64,000 bases of DNA from an uncultured Spirochaetaceae bacterium (GCA_964435795.1 CAYTAT010000006.1:67513-131512), one strand, 5' to 3'. Shown: positions 53,763 through 63,752, numbered from the stretch's first letter. Made by a program: numbers and translations. The notes: generated by a model from the sequence alone, not told the origin.

Positions 53763-54926
53763 ATGCGGGTGATTGGATTGATGTCGGGGACTTCCGCCGA
53801 CGGCGTGGATGCGGCGATCGTCGATTGGCCGGACGCCGCCGCCCCGATCCCCTTCGAAGTGATTGCCCATCGAGAATTTCCCCTCGCGCGGGACGAGCAA
53901 CAGCGTATTCATCGTCTGGCGGCGGGTGAGGGATCGGGGGTCGAGAGCCTGCGGGAGTTGGTGGCGCTGGACGTCGATCTGGGGCACCGATTTGCGGATG
54001 CGGCGATCACGCTGGCTCGGGATGCCTCCATCCCGCTGGCGGAAGTGGCCGCGATCGCCTCACATGGCCAGACAATCGTCCACTACCCCGAGATCGGTGG
54101 AACGCTGCAGATCGGTTCGCTGCCCCTGATCGCGGAGCGGACGGGCTGTCGGGTGATCGGCGACTTTCGTCCGCGGGATATCGCAGCCGGAGGGGAGGGG
54201 GCGCCCTTGACGCCATTCTTCCATCGAGGGGTGTTTGGAGCGCCGGATGAGAACCGGCTGGTTCTGAATCTCGGAGGCATCGCGAACGTCACCTGGCTTC
54301 CGGCGGCGGCCGAGCCCGATCGGGTTCTGGCCTTTGATGTGGGGCCCGCCAATTCCCTGCTCGACGGTGTTGTTGAATTGCTCACGAAGGGAAGAGAGTC
54401 CATGGATCGTGATGGCATCCGGGCCCGGCGGGGTGTCATCCATCGGGGCTGGCTGGAACGCCTGCTCGAGGATGAATATCTCCTGCGGCCTCCGCCGAAG
54501 TCCACGGGCCGCGAACGCTATGGCCGCGAGCGGGCCCGCTCTCTGCTGGAGCAGTGGACGGCCGAGCATGGGCAGGCGGCGGGTGACGATCTCCTGGCGA
54601 CCCTGGTCGCATTCACGGTCGGGGCGATCGGGCGGGCGTGCACCGATTGGCTGCCCGAGTCGGATGGGGCCGTGGAACGTCTGCTGGTCGGGGGAGGGGG
54701 TGCGGAGAATCCTGCCGTGCTCGAGGGATTGGTGGCGGCTCTTCCGGGGACGACGATCGAGACCTTCGATCGGCACGGAGTCCCCGCAGCGGCCGCCGAG
54801 GCCATGGCGTTTTCCCTGATGGGTCGCAATGCGCTGCTGGGATTGCCGAATCATCTGCCCCGTTGTACCGGGGCGACTTCCGAGCGCATCCTGGGTCTCT
54901 GGGTGGCTGAGTCCGCCAGACCCTGA
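53763..54926 (+). CDS. anmK: Anhydro-N-acetylmuramic acid kinase
   Basis: MRVIGLMSGTSADGVDAAIVDW N-terminus, typical of AnmK, with an ASKHA fold throughout. Confidence 0.9.
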   Translation: MRVIGLMSGTSADGVDAAIVDWPDAAAPIPFEVIAHREFPLARDEQQRIHRLAAGEGSGVESLRELVALDVDLGHRFADAAITLARDASIPLAEVAAIASHGQTIVHYPEIGGTLQIGSLPLIAERTGCRVIGDFRPRDIAAGGEGAPLTPFFHRGVFGAPDENRLVLNLGGIANVTWLPAAAEPDRVLAFDVGPANSLLDGVVELLTKGRESMDRDGIRARRGVIHRGWLERLLEDEYLLRPPPKSTGRERYGRERARSLLEQWTAEHGQAAGDDLLATLVAFTVGAIGRACTDWLPESDGAVERLLVGGGGAENPAVLEGLVAALPGTTIETFDRHGVPAAAAEAMAFSLMGRNALLGLPNHLPRCTGATSERILGLWVAESARP

Positions 54927-54957
54927 CGGCATGCCCGCCGGCGACTGAAAGGGAGAT

Positions 54958-55695
54958 TCAGAGGCGAACGACGAGGCCATCATCCGCGGTCTCGAATTCG
55001 ATCTCGTCGCGGCGATTGGACATTTCCAGTCCGAGATGCGTGAGCATCAACTGCCCCACATCGAATTTTTCGTAGTGTTCGCTGATCTGCTCGAGGCTCA
55101 GATGGAAATCCAATTCCTCGTCGAAAAGAGTGCACTCGCAGATGAAGATATCCGCCCCGGCGGATAGTTTCGGAAGTTCTTCGAACCAGCCCGTATCCCC
55201 GGAATAGACGACGTTCTGGTTGCCGAGGCTGACGCGATACCCGTGCGGATGGGCCTCGATCTGATGGCGCGTTTCGAAACCGGAAACCAGGGCCGGCCCG
55301 ATTTCCTCTTCGGCACCGGGCTGGATCTCCCTGAAACGCAGGGGAAAGGTCATCTCCCGACCTTCCAATTCATGTCCCATGGCCCGGGCGAGCGCTCGCA
55401 CGCGCTCTTCGATTCCGGGGGGGCCGGCGATTTCGAGAGCTTCTCGGCGGTTGTCCTCGTAGAGTCCCCCGAATAGAAAGAGGGGAATGCCGCCGAAGTG
55501 ATCGCTATGAAAATGCGATACCACGATCGTTTCGATTTCGTTGCGATCAATCTCCAGTGCAGCGAGACCGGTGTTGGTCGTCGAGCCACAGTCGAGCAGC
55601 ATCGTTCCGCGTTCCCCGCGCACCAGGATGGCGGATTGCCTGCGACCGCCGGCTCCAAAGGCGTCGCTCGTTCCGACGAAAAGCACTTCATTCAC
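54958..55695 (-). CDS. MBL-fold metallo-hydrolase (RNase Z/PhnP-like)
   Basis: HxHxDH motif VVSHFHSDHFGG with downstream His/Asp ligands. ATGA-type overlap with the murU-like stop. Confidence 0.85.
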   Translation of the reverse strand: MNEVLFVGTSDAFGAGGRRQSAILVRGERGTMLLDCGSTTNTGLAALEIDRNEIETIVVSHFHSDHFGGIPLFLFGGLYEDNRREALEIAGPPGIEERVRALARAMGHELEGREMTFPLRFREIQPGAEEEIGPALVSGFETRHQIEAHPHGYRVSLGNQNVVYSGDTGWFEELPKLSAGADIFICECTLFDEELDFHLSLEQISEHYEKFDVGQLMLTHLGLEMSNRRDEIEFETADDGLVVRL

Positions 55696-56648
55696 GCGCC
55701 GTCCTCCCCGGGTTGATCCGGTTCTCCGGAAAAATAGAAGGTTCCGTTCGCGAACACCCCTCCCGAGGCCCGAAAATTGGCCGGCACCACTTCATCCTCC
55801 CAGATCACGGCTCGCCGCAGGTTCGCTCCCTCCCCCAGGCTCGCTCCCCGGCCCAGGACAACGTCGAGATTCCCCCCCAGACGTCGGGTGCCCGGCGCCA
55901 GGAGTCGATCTTTGCCGAGGTAGGACGGGCTGGGGGGGCTCATATTCACGGCGAGATATTCCGCTGGAGTTCCAACGGGTTCCCAGATCAGATCGCCCTT
56001 CTCTTCGATCTGTCCACGAATATGCTCGGCGCCTGCGGCCAGCGCGGGGGCAAACCAATCCGTGAGATCCTCGAAGGGAGTCTCGGGGGGCGAGGTGGGG
56101 AGGCTTTCGAAGATCGTCGGTGAAATGATCCGGACGCCTACGAAGAGCCCCGAGCGCCTCTCGCCGCCGAGATCGAATCGCTTTGAGATGCGCCGAACGC
56201 GCTGCCGATCATCGATTCCGATGCTGCCGAAACGCGCGGCACGCTCGTCGTCTCCCCGCAGCAATAGCGTGCAGGCGGCTCCCGAGTCGAGGTGCTGCCG
56301 GGCCAATCGGGAGAGATCCAGATCGAGGAGCATATCCCCGGCGAGCACCAGGGCGGGGTCGCTTTCGCTCAGGAATTCTTTCATGGACGCAATTCCACCC
56401 CCGGTTCCCAAGGGGCGGGGTTCTCTGGAGTAGAGGATGTGCATCCCGGGCGGTCTGAAGCGTCGCACCGCTGCTTCGATACTCTCGGGGAGGTGGTGGA
56501 GATTGATGGCGACTTCTGTGATTCCATGGTGGGCCAGGAGTTCCAACAACCAGGCGATGACGGGGCGGCCGAGTACGGGCAGCGCCGGTTTCGCACATCG
56601 ATCCGAGAGGGGCCGCAGCCGCTGGCCCAGGCCCGCCGCCAGGATCAT
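55692..56648 (-). CDS. Sugar-1-phosphate nucleotidyltransferase (MurU-like) with C-terminal left-handed beta-helix-like extension
   Basis: MILAAGLGQRLRPLSDRCAKPALPVLGRPVIAW is the NTP-transferase signature. The ATG at 56648 overlaps the stop of the upstream kinase gene. Confidence 0.75.
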   Translation of the reverse strand: MILAAGLGQRLRPLSDRCAKPALPVLGRPVIAWLLELLAHHGITEVAINLHHLPESIEAAVRRFRPPGMHILYSREPRPLGTGGGIASMKEFLSESDPALVLAGDMLLDLDLSRLARQHLDSGAACTLLLRGDDERAARFGSIGIDDRQRVRRISKRFDLGGERRSGLFVGVRIISPTIFESLPTSPPETPFEDLTDWFAPALAAGAEHIRGQIEEKGDLIWEPVGTPAEYLAVNMSPPSPSYLGKDRLLAPGTRRLGGNLDVVLGRGASLGEGANLRRAVIWEDEVVPANFRASGGVFANGTFYFSGEPDQPGEDGA

Positions 56649-57736
56649 TGCCCGCACGAGGAGATCCCCTCCGCGTGGGCCGCGAAGCCAGCGGGGAAAC
56701 GTTCGGGCGAGGCGAGGAGCAACTGGCAGAACTCCCTGATTTCCGTATCTCGGGAACCCGCTCGCCCGGCGGCCTCCCGTAGATTCCTGAGTCCATTGGG
56801 GACGAAGCGGAGGTAGCGCTGATCGCCTCGGTGCCGCGCCGCATGCAGATAGTGCGAGATATCCTTGGCCACGCGGGCGAGTGTGAGCAGGTCGAATCGC
56901 CGCGCGAAGGTCTCGGGACCGACCGAATCCGGCAGCTGCGGCAGGATCTCTTCGGTCTGGGCAATGACTTCGGCTTCGGGCAGGCGTACCTGGGAGTCCC
57001 GCAGCAGGCAGACCAGATCGTATTCCGGGGGGGCCATGAACGCCCCCTGGAGATCGATCATGTAGAGCTCGGCAGATCCTTCTCGGCCGCCCCTCTTCAG
57101 ATGCAGGTTGGCGGCCTTGAAATCCCGATGGGCCAGGCGACTCGGGGCCTCGGCGCAGACCTCTGCGATGAAGTCGAAGGCGCGCCTTACGAGCTTCTCT
57201 TCCAGGGCTGTCGGCGTTCGGCCGAGTTGGAGGGGCAGGCTCCACGTGAGCCATTTTTGCGCCTTCGTGCCAATCAGAGCCGCGTCGAGCCCGCGTTGGA
57301 AATGGGGCAGCGCAGGGGAGGGGGGCCGAATCGCCTGAAGGCGCGGGATGAGGGCGCAGGCGCGGGAGTAGAGGGTTCTTCGCCGCGCGGGATCGATTTG
57401 CGGCAGGCAGGACTCGACGCTCTCGTCCCCGAGATCTTCGATGAGATCAATTCCCTCGGCGATTCCATGACTGGCGGGGACCGGCAATCCCTCCCGGGCC
57501 AGCAGACTGCGAATCGGTTCGAGGGGGGGATCGGCACCGGTCCGTCGCTTCGGATCTTCAACCCGTGCGATCAGTCGAGTGGGCGGAGCGGAGCCCTCGA
57601 GTTCGCAACGGAAGAATCTTCGCGTATCCAATCCTCCGGGCAACCTCTGCCAGCGAACGACCTCGCGCCCGAGCGCATCTCGAATCAGGGTGGCGATCCG
57701 GTCCTGGATCGTCGTTGTCTGTTGCCTTCGGCTCAC
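56645..57736 (-). CDS. Aminoglycoside-phosphotransferase-fold sugar kinase (AmgK-like)
   Basis: APH-family catalytic loop LAHRDFKAANLHL and MIDLQGAFMAPPEYDLVCLLRD. Start is GTG 57736 (after the upstream stop) or GTG 57793. Confidence 0.7.
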   Translation of the reverse strand: MSRRQQTTTIQDRIATLIRDALGREVVRWQRLPGGLDTRRFFRCELEGSAPPTRLIARVEDPKRRTGADPPLEPIRSLLAREGLPVPASHGIAEGIDLIEDLGDESVESCLPQIDPARRRTLYSRACALIPRLQAIRPPSPALPHFQRGLDAALIGTKAQKWLTWSLPLQLGRTPTALEEKLVRRAFDFIAEVCAEAPSRLAHRDFKAANLHLKRGGREGSAELYMIDLQGAFMAPPEYDLVCLLRDSQVRLPEAEVIAQTEEILPQLPDSVGPETFARRFDLLTLARVAKDISHYLHAARHRGDQRYLRFVPNGLRNLREAAGRAGSRDTEIREFCQLLLASPERFPAGFAAHAEGISSCGQ

Positions 57737-57746
57737 GATCGACCGC

Positions 57747-59057
57747 TCAGCCAAAGAACCAGTGGCAGGCCGCCGTCGCCCCGACGAAACCACCGAGGTC
57801 TCCGATCAGGCAGGCGCCCAGGGCGTGGCGACCATCGACGACTCCCGCGGCGCCCAGGTAGAGGGCCAGCACGTAGAAAGTGGTTTCGGTCGAGCCCATC
57901 AGCGTGCAGGTGAGATAGCCGATGAAACTATCGGGTCCGTAGGTGGTGATGATCTCGCTCATGACCCCGAAGGCGCCCGACCCCGATAGCGGACGCAGCA
58001 GGGCCATCGGGAGTACCTCAGCGGGGACTCCCAGTGCACTCGTATAGGGATCGACGGCGGCGATCAGCACCCCCAATGCGCCCGAGGCCCGGAACATCGC
58101 GACCGCCACGAGGATCGCGACCAGATAGGGGACTATTTTATAGGCCACATCGAGTCCCTCGCGAGCTCCCGAAACCATCGAGTCATAGGCCCTGATTCCC
58201 GAGCCGACTCCGATCAGGAGCAGGCCTCCGATCAGAAAGGGCAGCAGCCAGTGGCTAGCCAACTCCTTCAGGACACCGAGTCCACCCAACTCGGGTCCCA
58301 GGCGCACGGCCTCGAGACAGGCGCCGATGAGAAGCGTCAGCAGGAAAATCCAGACGATGCCCCTGCGCAACCAGAAGGGGCCGCTGGGATCATCCTTGCG
58401 AACTTCGGGGGTCTCGGGGAGCTCCTCGATTTCGAGCGGGCCCGGGCCCGGGGTCGAGGAGAGGGCGCGGGGTTGGAAGATGGGGAGTCGCCCCAGAAGC
58501 CAATAGCCCAGGAGTGCCGCAAGCGTCGAGCAGGTCGTAGCGATCAGGGTGGGGGCCCAGATCGCCCACGGATCCGCGGAGCCCGCGGCCTGACGGACGG
58601 CAATGGTGCCGAAGGGCGGAAAGAGCGTGATTGCAGAAGTGTTGATGGCCAGGAAGAGCACCATCGCGTTGGTGGCGACGCCGGGGTGCGGATTCAGACG
58701 TGCGAGTTCGCCCATCGCCTTCAGGCCGAAGGGAGTGGCGGCATTTCCGAGTCCCATGACGTTGGAGGACATATTCATCACCATGGCCCCCATGGCGGGG
58801 TGTTCCGGGGGCACTTCGGGGAAGAGTCGGCGTGCAATCGGTGCCAGAATCCGGCTGAGCCAATCCCGGAGGCCCCCGTCGAAGGCGACTCGGGTCAGGC
58901 CGAGAAAGAAGACCATGGCCCCGACCAGGCCGATCACCAGGGTGATCGCCGACGATGCGCCGTTCAGAACTGCAGCCGTCACCTCCGCCATGCGCCCCGT
59001 CAGTGACGCGTAGGCGATGGAGCTGAGTATCAAGCCGAGCCAGATCCAGTTGAGCAC
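57747..59057 (-). CDS. Nucleoside-recognition-domain membrane protein (fused SpmA/SpmB-like)
   Basis: LNWIWLGLILSSIAYA...NMSSNVMGLGNAATPFGLKAM pattern of SpmA/SpmB-type proteins, with many TM helices. Start is GTG 59057 or TTG 59072. Confidence 0.7.
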   Translation of the reverse strand: MLNWIWLGLILSSIAYASLTGRMAEVTAAVLNGASSAITLVIGLVGAMVFFLGLTRVAFDGGLRDWLSRILAPIARRLFPEVPPEHPAMGAMVMNMSSNVMGLGNAATPFGLKAMGELARLNPHPGVATNAMVLFLAINTSAITLFPPFGTIAVRQAAGSADPWAIWAPTLIATTCSTLAALLGYWLLGRLPIFQPRALSSTPGPGPLEIEELPETPEVRKDDPSGPFWLRRGIVWIFLLTLLIGACLEAVRLGPELGGLGVLKELASHWLLPFLIGGLLLIGVGSGIRAYDSMVSGAREGLDVAYKIVPYLVAILVAVAMFRASGALGVLIAAVDPYTSALGVPAEVLPMALLRPLSGSGAFGVMSEIITTYGPDSFIGYLTCTLMGSTETTFYVLALYLGAAGVVDGRHALGACLIGDLGGFVGATAACHWFFG

Positions 59058-59274
59058 CCGGATCCCCCCCAATTCCGCAGTCGCGAACCCACGATTGCCC
59101 CGGATCGGGCTGCCGGATAACCTCGCTCAGGTCGAGTTTCCCCGCACCCCCCCCGGCTGAAAACGAGAGTCCTGGATGACTGATGGCCCCCGCGATGACT
59201 TTGGATCAGGTCGAGGCCGGACCGTCCGCGGCAGGCAATTCGGGACTTGCCCCGCGAGGTGGCCCCGGCCGACG

Positions 59275-60741
59275 ATGGAGCGGCCGCTCGTCGAAACGGG
59301 GCGCGCATTGTCGCGGGTCCTGGCGTTGAGTTTCGTGCTGCTCCTGCTCTGCCCGGGCGCTTGGGCGGCATCGGGGGTCGGGAAGACCGCCTGGGCGAAG
59401 CGCCTGGATGCAGCTCTTGGGGTGGGGGCCTTCGAGTCCGCCCGGATCGGAGCCCTGATCGTTCGCCGGGGAGACGGACGGACGGTTTACGCCCGTTCCC
59501 CGGATGAGATGTTGATCCCCGCCTCCAATATGAAGGTGCTGACCGCGCTGACAGTTTTGGATCACTACGGTCCGGCCCACCGCTTCGAAACCGTGATCCG
59601 CAGCGACCGACCCCCGGATGCCAGGGGGGCGGTGGGGGAACTCGCGATCGTCGGGGGAGGGGATCCCGTCCTGAACTCGGAGGATTGGTGGAGGCTGGCG
59701 GCGGATCTCCGCGCCGAGGGGCTGAGGGCGGTCGAAGGAGATCTCTGGGTGGATGACTCGCTCTTCGATCGGGAGTACTGGCATCCCGATTGGGGGTCGA
59801 TCTCCTTCCGGGCCTATCACGCGCCGGTGGCCGCACTTTCCGCCAACTACGGCGCCTTCTTCATCGAAGTCGCACCCGCGAAGGCCGAAGGACGCCCCCT
59901 CGAGGTGGATGTCGACCCCCCCATTCCCTACTTGGAGGTTGCCAATCAGGGCCGAACGGTCGGCCGAAAGGGAAGACGCGGACTCGTGCTGGAGCGGGGA
60001 GCGGTCGAGAAGGGGCGGGAGATCATCGAGCTTCGGGGTCGTATGCGTGTGGGGGACGAGCCGCAGCGATTTGCACGCGGTATTCGGAACCCAGTTCTCT
60101 ATGCGGGCGAAATCCTCAAGTGGCAACTGCAGGCCCTGGGGATCGTGGTGAAGGGCCGGGTAAGGCACGGACCCGCCCGCCAGCCGAATGTCCTGCTTCG
60201 ATATCGCGGGCGACCGCTATCGGAAATCGTTCGGCTCTTCATGAAATACAGCAACAACGCGGTTGCCGAGACCCTCGTCAAGGGCCTCGGAACCGGGGGG
60301 GGGGCCCGGAAGGGAACCTGGGCGACGGGCCTGGAGGCGATGAACGGGCGCCTTGGGTCCATGGGCGTGCTCGCATCCGGCACGGCGATCGTCGACGCTT
60401 CGGGTCTGTCGCCGGCAAATCGCCTGAGCGCGCGGGTACTCGTGAATGCGATGGAGCGGGCGGAGCGAGCCTTCGCTCTGGGGCCCGAGTTCATGTCGGC
60501 TTTCCCGATCGCGGGACGAGATGGGACTCTGGAGGAGCGGGCTTCGGGATCCGCCGAGCAGATTCGGGCCAAGACCGGCCTGCTGAAGAATCAGGGCGTG
60601 TTATCGCTCTCGGGGATGGCGCGTCGGGGCGACGGTCAGGAATTCTTTTTTTCCGTCCTCGTCAACGGTTTTGGCGGGAATCCCAAGGCTGCGATGGATG
60701 CCCTCGACCGCTGGCTGGAGGTGCTCATCGCAACTCCCTGA
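59275..60741 (+). CDS. dacB: D-alanyl-D-alanine carboxypeptidase/endopeptidase, PBP4 (S13) family
   Basis: Signal peptide. SxxK (PASNMKVLT), SxN (KYSNNAVAE) and KTG (RAKTGLL) motifs. Confidence 0.9.
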   Translation: MERPLVETGRALSRVLALSFVLLLLCPGAWAASGVGKTAWAKRLDAALGVGAFESARIGALIVRRGDGRTVYARSPDEMLIPASNMKVLTALTVLDHYGPAHRFETVIRSDRPPDARGAVGELAIVGGGDPVLNSEDWWRLAADLRAEGLRAVEGDLWVDDSLFDREYWHPDWGSISFRAYHAPVAALSANYGAFFIEVAPAKAEGRPLEVDVDPPIPYLEVANQGRTVGRKGRRGLVLERGAVEKGREIIELRGRMRVGDEPQRFARGIRNPVLYAGEILKWQLQALGIVVKGRVRHGPARQPNVLLRYRGRPLSEIVRLFMKYSNNAVAETLVKGLGTGGGARKGTWATGLEAMNGRLGSMGVLASGTAIVDASGLSPANRLSARVLVNAMERAERAFALGPEFMSAFPIAGRDGTLEERASGSAEQIRAKTGLLKNQGVLSLSGMARRGDGQEFFFSVLVNGFGGNPKAAMDALDRWLEVLIATP

Positions 60742-60762
60742 ACAGCGCGCCCCGGCTGCGTA

Positions 60763-61002
60763 TCATCGGTTTCTGCGCATCTTGCCTTTTCCGAGCAGCA
60801 GCCAATCGAGCGAGACTCTTTCCTTGGTGGCCAGCGTGATCAGGAAATCCGTGTGAGGAGTCGTTCCATTTTCGTATCGATTCACATTCTGCTGGAACAC
60901 CCCAAGCTCTCGGGCGAATTGCCGTTGGGAGCGATCTCCCCTGATTTCGGAAATTCGAGCCGGCAGTTTCTTCTTGATGCGCGTGATTGCCTGTGTCGGC
61001 AC
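60763..61002 (-). CDS. XRE-family helix-turn-helix transcriptional regulator
   Basis: SQRQFARELGVFQQNVNRYENGTTPHTDFLITLA is a classic Cro/C1-type HTH. Confidence 0.8.
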   Translation of the reverse strand: MPTQAITRIKKKLPARISEIRGDRSQRQFARELGVFQQNVNRYENGTTPHTDFLITLATKERVSLDWLLLGKGKMRRNR

Positions 61003-61440
61003 TCTGATCCCCCCTTGTTTATTTTCCGAGTTCTTTTCCGCTGAAGTCGCTGATGCCGGGCATCCGGCATGGGTCCGCTCTATTGCAGAACCGTTCGCTC
61101 TTTTCAGCCTGAACTTTCAGAGCGAATTCCGCCGGACTTTCCGGTGGATCGGCTATAACGTAAAGAGTCCCCAATTGTTCGAATTCATCATCTCTTCTTC
61201 ATCGGATGTCACACTGGTGTGTTGTCCGGAGACTTTGAGAGCGATGGATCTTAACGCGCTTTCCCGGTTCCTGCCCTAGAAAACGTTGGCGCCGACTTCT
61301 AAGAATGTCGGCGGGGCTCTGTATCGGCCGAACTTTCATAAGATGACGGAACGTACCGGTCCTTCCGGATCGAACGCGGTTGCGCGAATGCAATAAGGGG
61401 GGGTGGCACTGCTGGTACACACCATACCGGTGGACGATAT

Positions 61441-62085
61441 GTGTGGCGGATCGGTGCTAGTCTCGCGCTCAAATGGGCGGGGAGAATTGGGCTGCGTGTG
61501 GTTGCGGGAAATCTTCGCGGGCGAAACCTTGTCGAACCTCCTCGCGGAGTTCGACCCACTTCGGACCGTGTTCGGGAATCGATTTTTGGTCGTCTCGGAC
61601 GGGTGGACGGGCTTCGCGTTCTGGATCTCTTTGCGGGAACCGGTGCCCTGGGGATCGAGGCGATTTCCCGAGGGGCGGAACGACTCGTCAGCGTCGATCG
61701 TTCACGGGCTTCGGTGGTGGCGATTCAGAAGAACGTAGAGCGGCTCGGGATCGTCGATTGCATCGAAATCATGCGCTTGGATAGCGTCAGGGCCATCCGA
61801 CGCCTGGCGGAGCAGGGGAGGCGATTCGACCTGGTCTTCCTGGACCCCCCGTACGCGGAACCCGAGGCCATAGCCGATGTGCTCCAGGGCTTGAAGGTGG
61901 GTGGATTGCTGGCCGAGCAGGGGGTGGTGGTGGCCGAGGGCCCGAAGCGTCATCCTTTGGTTCCGAACTCCGACTGGGAGATCGAAGAGTTCCGCCACTA
62001 TGGGGATACGGTCGTTTATTGGCTGGTCGAGGCGGAAGCGGGGTCGAATGAACGCGTTGCAGGCGGGTCAAAGGAGAATCGATGA
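61441..62085 (+). CDS. rsmD: 16S rRNA (guanine966-N2)-methyltransferase RsmD
   Basis: LRVVAGNLRGRNL, RPTSDRVRESIFG, LDLFAGTGALGIEAISRGA and VFLDPPY motifs. Start uncertain (GTG 61441 or GTG 61498). Confidence 0.85.
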   Translation: MWRIGASLALKWAGRIGLRVVAGNLRGRNLVEPPRGVRPTSDRVRESIFGRLGRVDGLRVLDLFAGTGALGIEAISRGAERLVSVDRSRASVVAIQKNVERLGIVDCIEIMRLDSVRAIRRLAEQGRRFDLVFLDPPYAEPEAIADVLQGLKVGGLLAEQGVVVAEGPKRHPLVPNSDWEIEEFRHYGDTVVYWLVEAEAGSNERVAGGSKENR

Positions 62086-62582
62086 GTGCTGATGGGTTGG
62101 GAGAGAGGATTGTGCTCTTCCCGGCGAGTTTCGATCCGATCACGAATGGTCATCTAGATCTCGTCAAGCGTGCACTCGGCCTCTTCGACGGCGTGGTGGT
62201 CGCGGTGGCGGAGAACGTCAGCAAGTCGGGCCTCTTCAGTCTCGAAGATCGTTTGGAAATGTTGCGCGATGTCTTCGGCGATTCCGAGCGCGTGCGGATA
62301 GATAGTTTCCGGGGTCTCGTGGTCGAATATGGGCGTGAGATCGGGGCCTGCGGAATCCTTAGAGGATTGCGCGCGATGTCGGACTTTGAATACGAATTCG
62401 AAATGGCATTGATGAACCGTCATATGGAACCCAATCTGGATATCGTCTTTCTTGCATCGAGCCTGGACTATATTTATGTCAGTTCGTCTCGCCTCAAGGA
62501 ATTGGCTCGTTTTGGCGCCAGTGTGGCCGAGTTCGTGCCGCCCGTCGTGGAAAAGCGGCTGAAAGCCACCTACGCCGAGTGA
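62082..62582 (+). CDS. coaD: Phosphopantetheine adenylyltransferase
   Basis: FPASFDPITNGHLDLVKRA (T/HxGH motif). 4-nt overlap with the rsmD stop. Confidence 0.95.
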   Translation: MSADGLGERIVLFPASFDPITNGHLDLVKRALGLFDGVVVAVAENVSKSGLFSLEDRLEMLRDVFGDSERVRIDSFRGLVVEYGREIGACGILRGLRAMSDFEYEFEMALMNRHMEPNLDIVFLASSLDYIYVSSSRLKELARFGASVAEFVPPVVEKRLKATYAE

Positions 62583-62822
62583 TGGATCCATTGCCGTCTT
62601 GAGCTGCTTCGGGTCGTCGGGCTCGTTGCGCAGCCCGTGGCCGTGACCGCCCTTCCCAGATACGCGTCGGCATGCGAGCCGATGAGCGAGGCTGTGGCGC
62701 CTTTCCCCTCGGGACTCTACTTGGGCTCGGTCGTCCTCAGATCACCCGCTCGGACACCCCGGCAGCAGCCAGCGGGGCGCTGCATCCGGGCCCAACGGCG
62801 TAGAGAAAGTCTTCTACGGCCC

Positions 62823-63752
62823 TCAGTCGCGGAGTTCTCCCGGAAGCGGAAAGTGGATTCCCTCATCGACCGCCGGTAGGGATTCCACCTCGAAATTTCC
62901 ATCACAGAGTTCCGAGAGCCTCCGGACCACTTCTTCCACCAGGAATTCCGGTGTCGAAGCGCCGGCCGTGATTCCCACGGATTGGACTCCGGTCAGCCAG
63001 TCGGACTCGATTTCTTCGGGCCCACCGATCAGGCGGCTGGGCACGCCTCGCTTCGCGGCGACCTCGACGAGGCGATTGCTGTTGGAGGAGGCCGGGGCAC
63101 CCACCACGAGCACCAACTCGGTGCGCTTCGTCAACTCCTTGACGGCATTCTGCCGATTCTGGGTCGCGTAGCAGATGTCATCCCGGCGCGGCAATTGGAT
63201 CTCGGGAAAACGTTTTTGGAGCGTCGCCACGACATCCCGGGTGTCATCCACGGAAAGGGTGGTCTGGGTGACGCAGCCCAATCTGGATGGATTTGCCACC
63301 TGGAGTTCTTCGGCTTCCTCGACTGTTTCGACCAGATGCATTCCATCGGGCGCCTGCCCCATCGTCCCTTCTACTTCCACGTGCCCCGCGTGACCGATCA
63401 TGATGATCTCGAGCCCCGCCCGTTGCATGCGATGCACTTCCTTATGGACCTTGGTGACCAGGGGGCAGGTGGCGTCGAGGGTTCGCAGGCGACGCTCGGC
63501 TGCCGCAACGCGGACCGCCGGCGAGACGCCATGAGCGCTGAAAATCAGGCGCGAGCCGGGCTGCACATCTTCGGGTTCTTCGACGAAGACCGCGCCTTTC
63601 GCCCTCAGATCATCCACCACCCGCTGGTTGTGGACGATCTCGTGGCGCACGTGGACCGCTTCCTGGTCTCGGGCGATGCTTCTCTCGACAATCTCGATTG
63701 CCCGGTCGACACCAGCGCAAAAACCCCTGGGATTCGCGAGAATAATTTTCAC
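62823..63752 (-). CDS. ispH: 4-hydroxy-3-methylbut-2-enyl diphosphate reductase
   Basis: KIILANPRGFCAGVDRAIEIVE plus two further conserved Cys regions. GTG start at 63752; the track ORF extends further upstream. Confidence 0.95.
   Translation of the reverse strand: MKIILANPRGFCAGVDRAIEIVERSIARDQEAVHVRHEIVHNQRVVDDLRAKGAVFVEEPEDVQPGSRLIFSAHGVSPAVRVAAAERRLRTLDATCPLVTKVHKEVHRMQRAGLEIIMIGHAGHVEVEGTMGQAPDGMHLVETVEEAEELQVANPSRLGCVTQTTLSVDDTRDVVATLQKRFPEIQLPRRDDICYATQNRQNAVKELTKRTELVLVVGAPASSNSNRLVEVAAKRGVPSRLIGGPEEIESDWLTGVQSVGITAGASTPEFLVEEVVRRLSELCDGNFEVESLPAVDEGIHFPLPGELRD

Noticed and set aside
61404-61418. TGGCACTGCTGGTAC upstream of rsmD as a possible sigma-54 promoter
   Set aside because: The -12 position reads TAC rather than TGC/GC at the required spacing.
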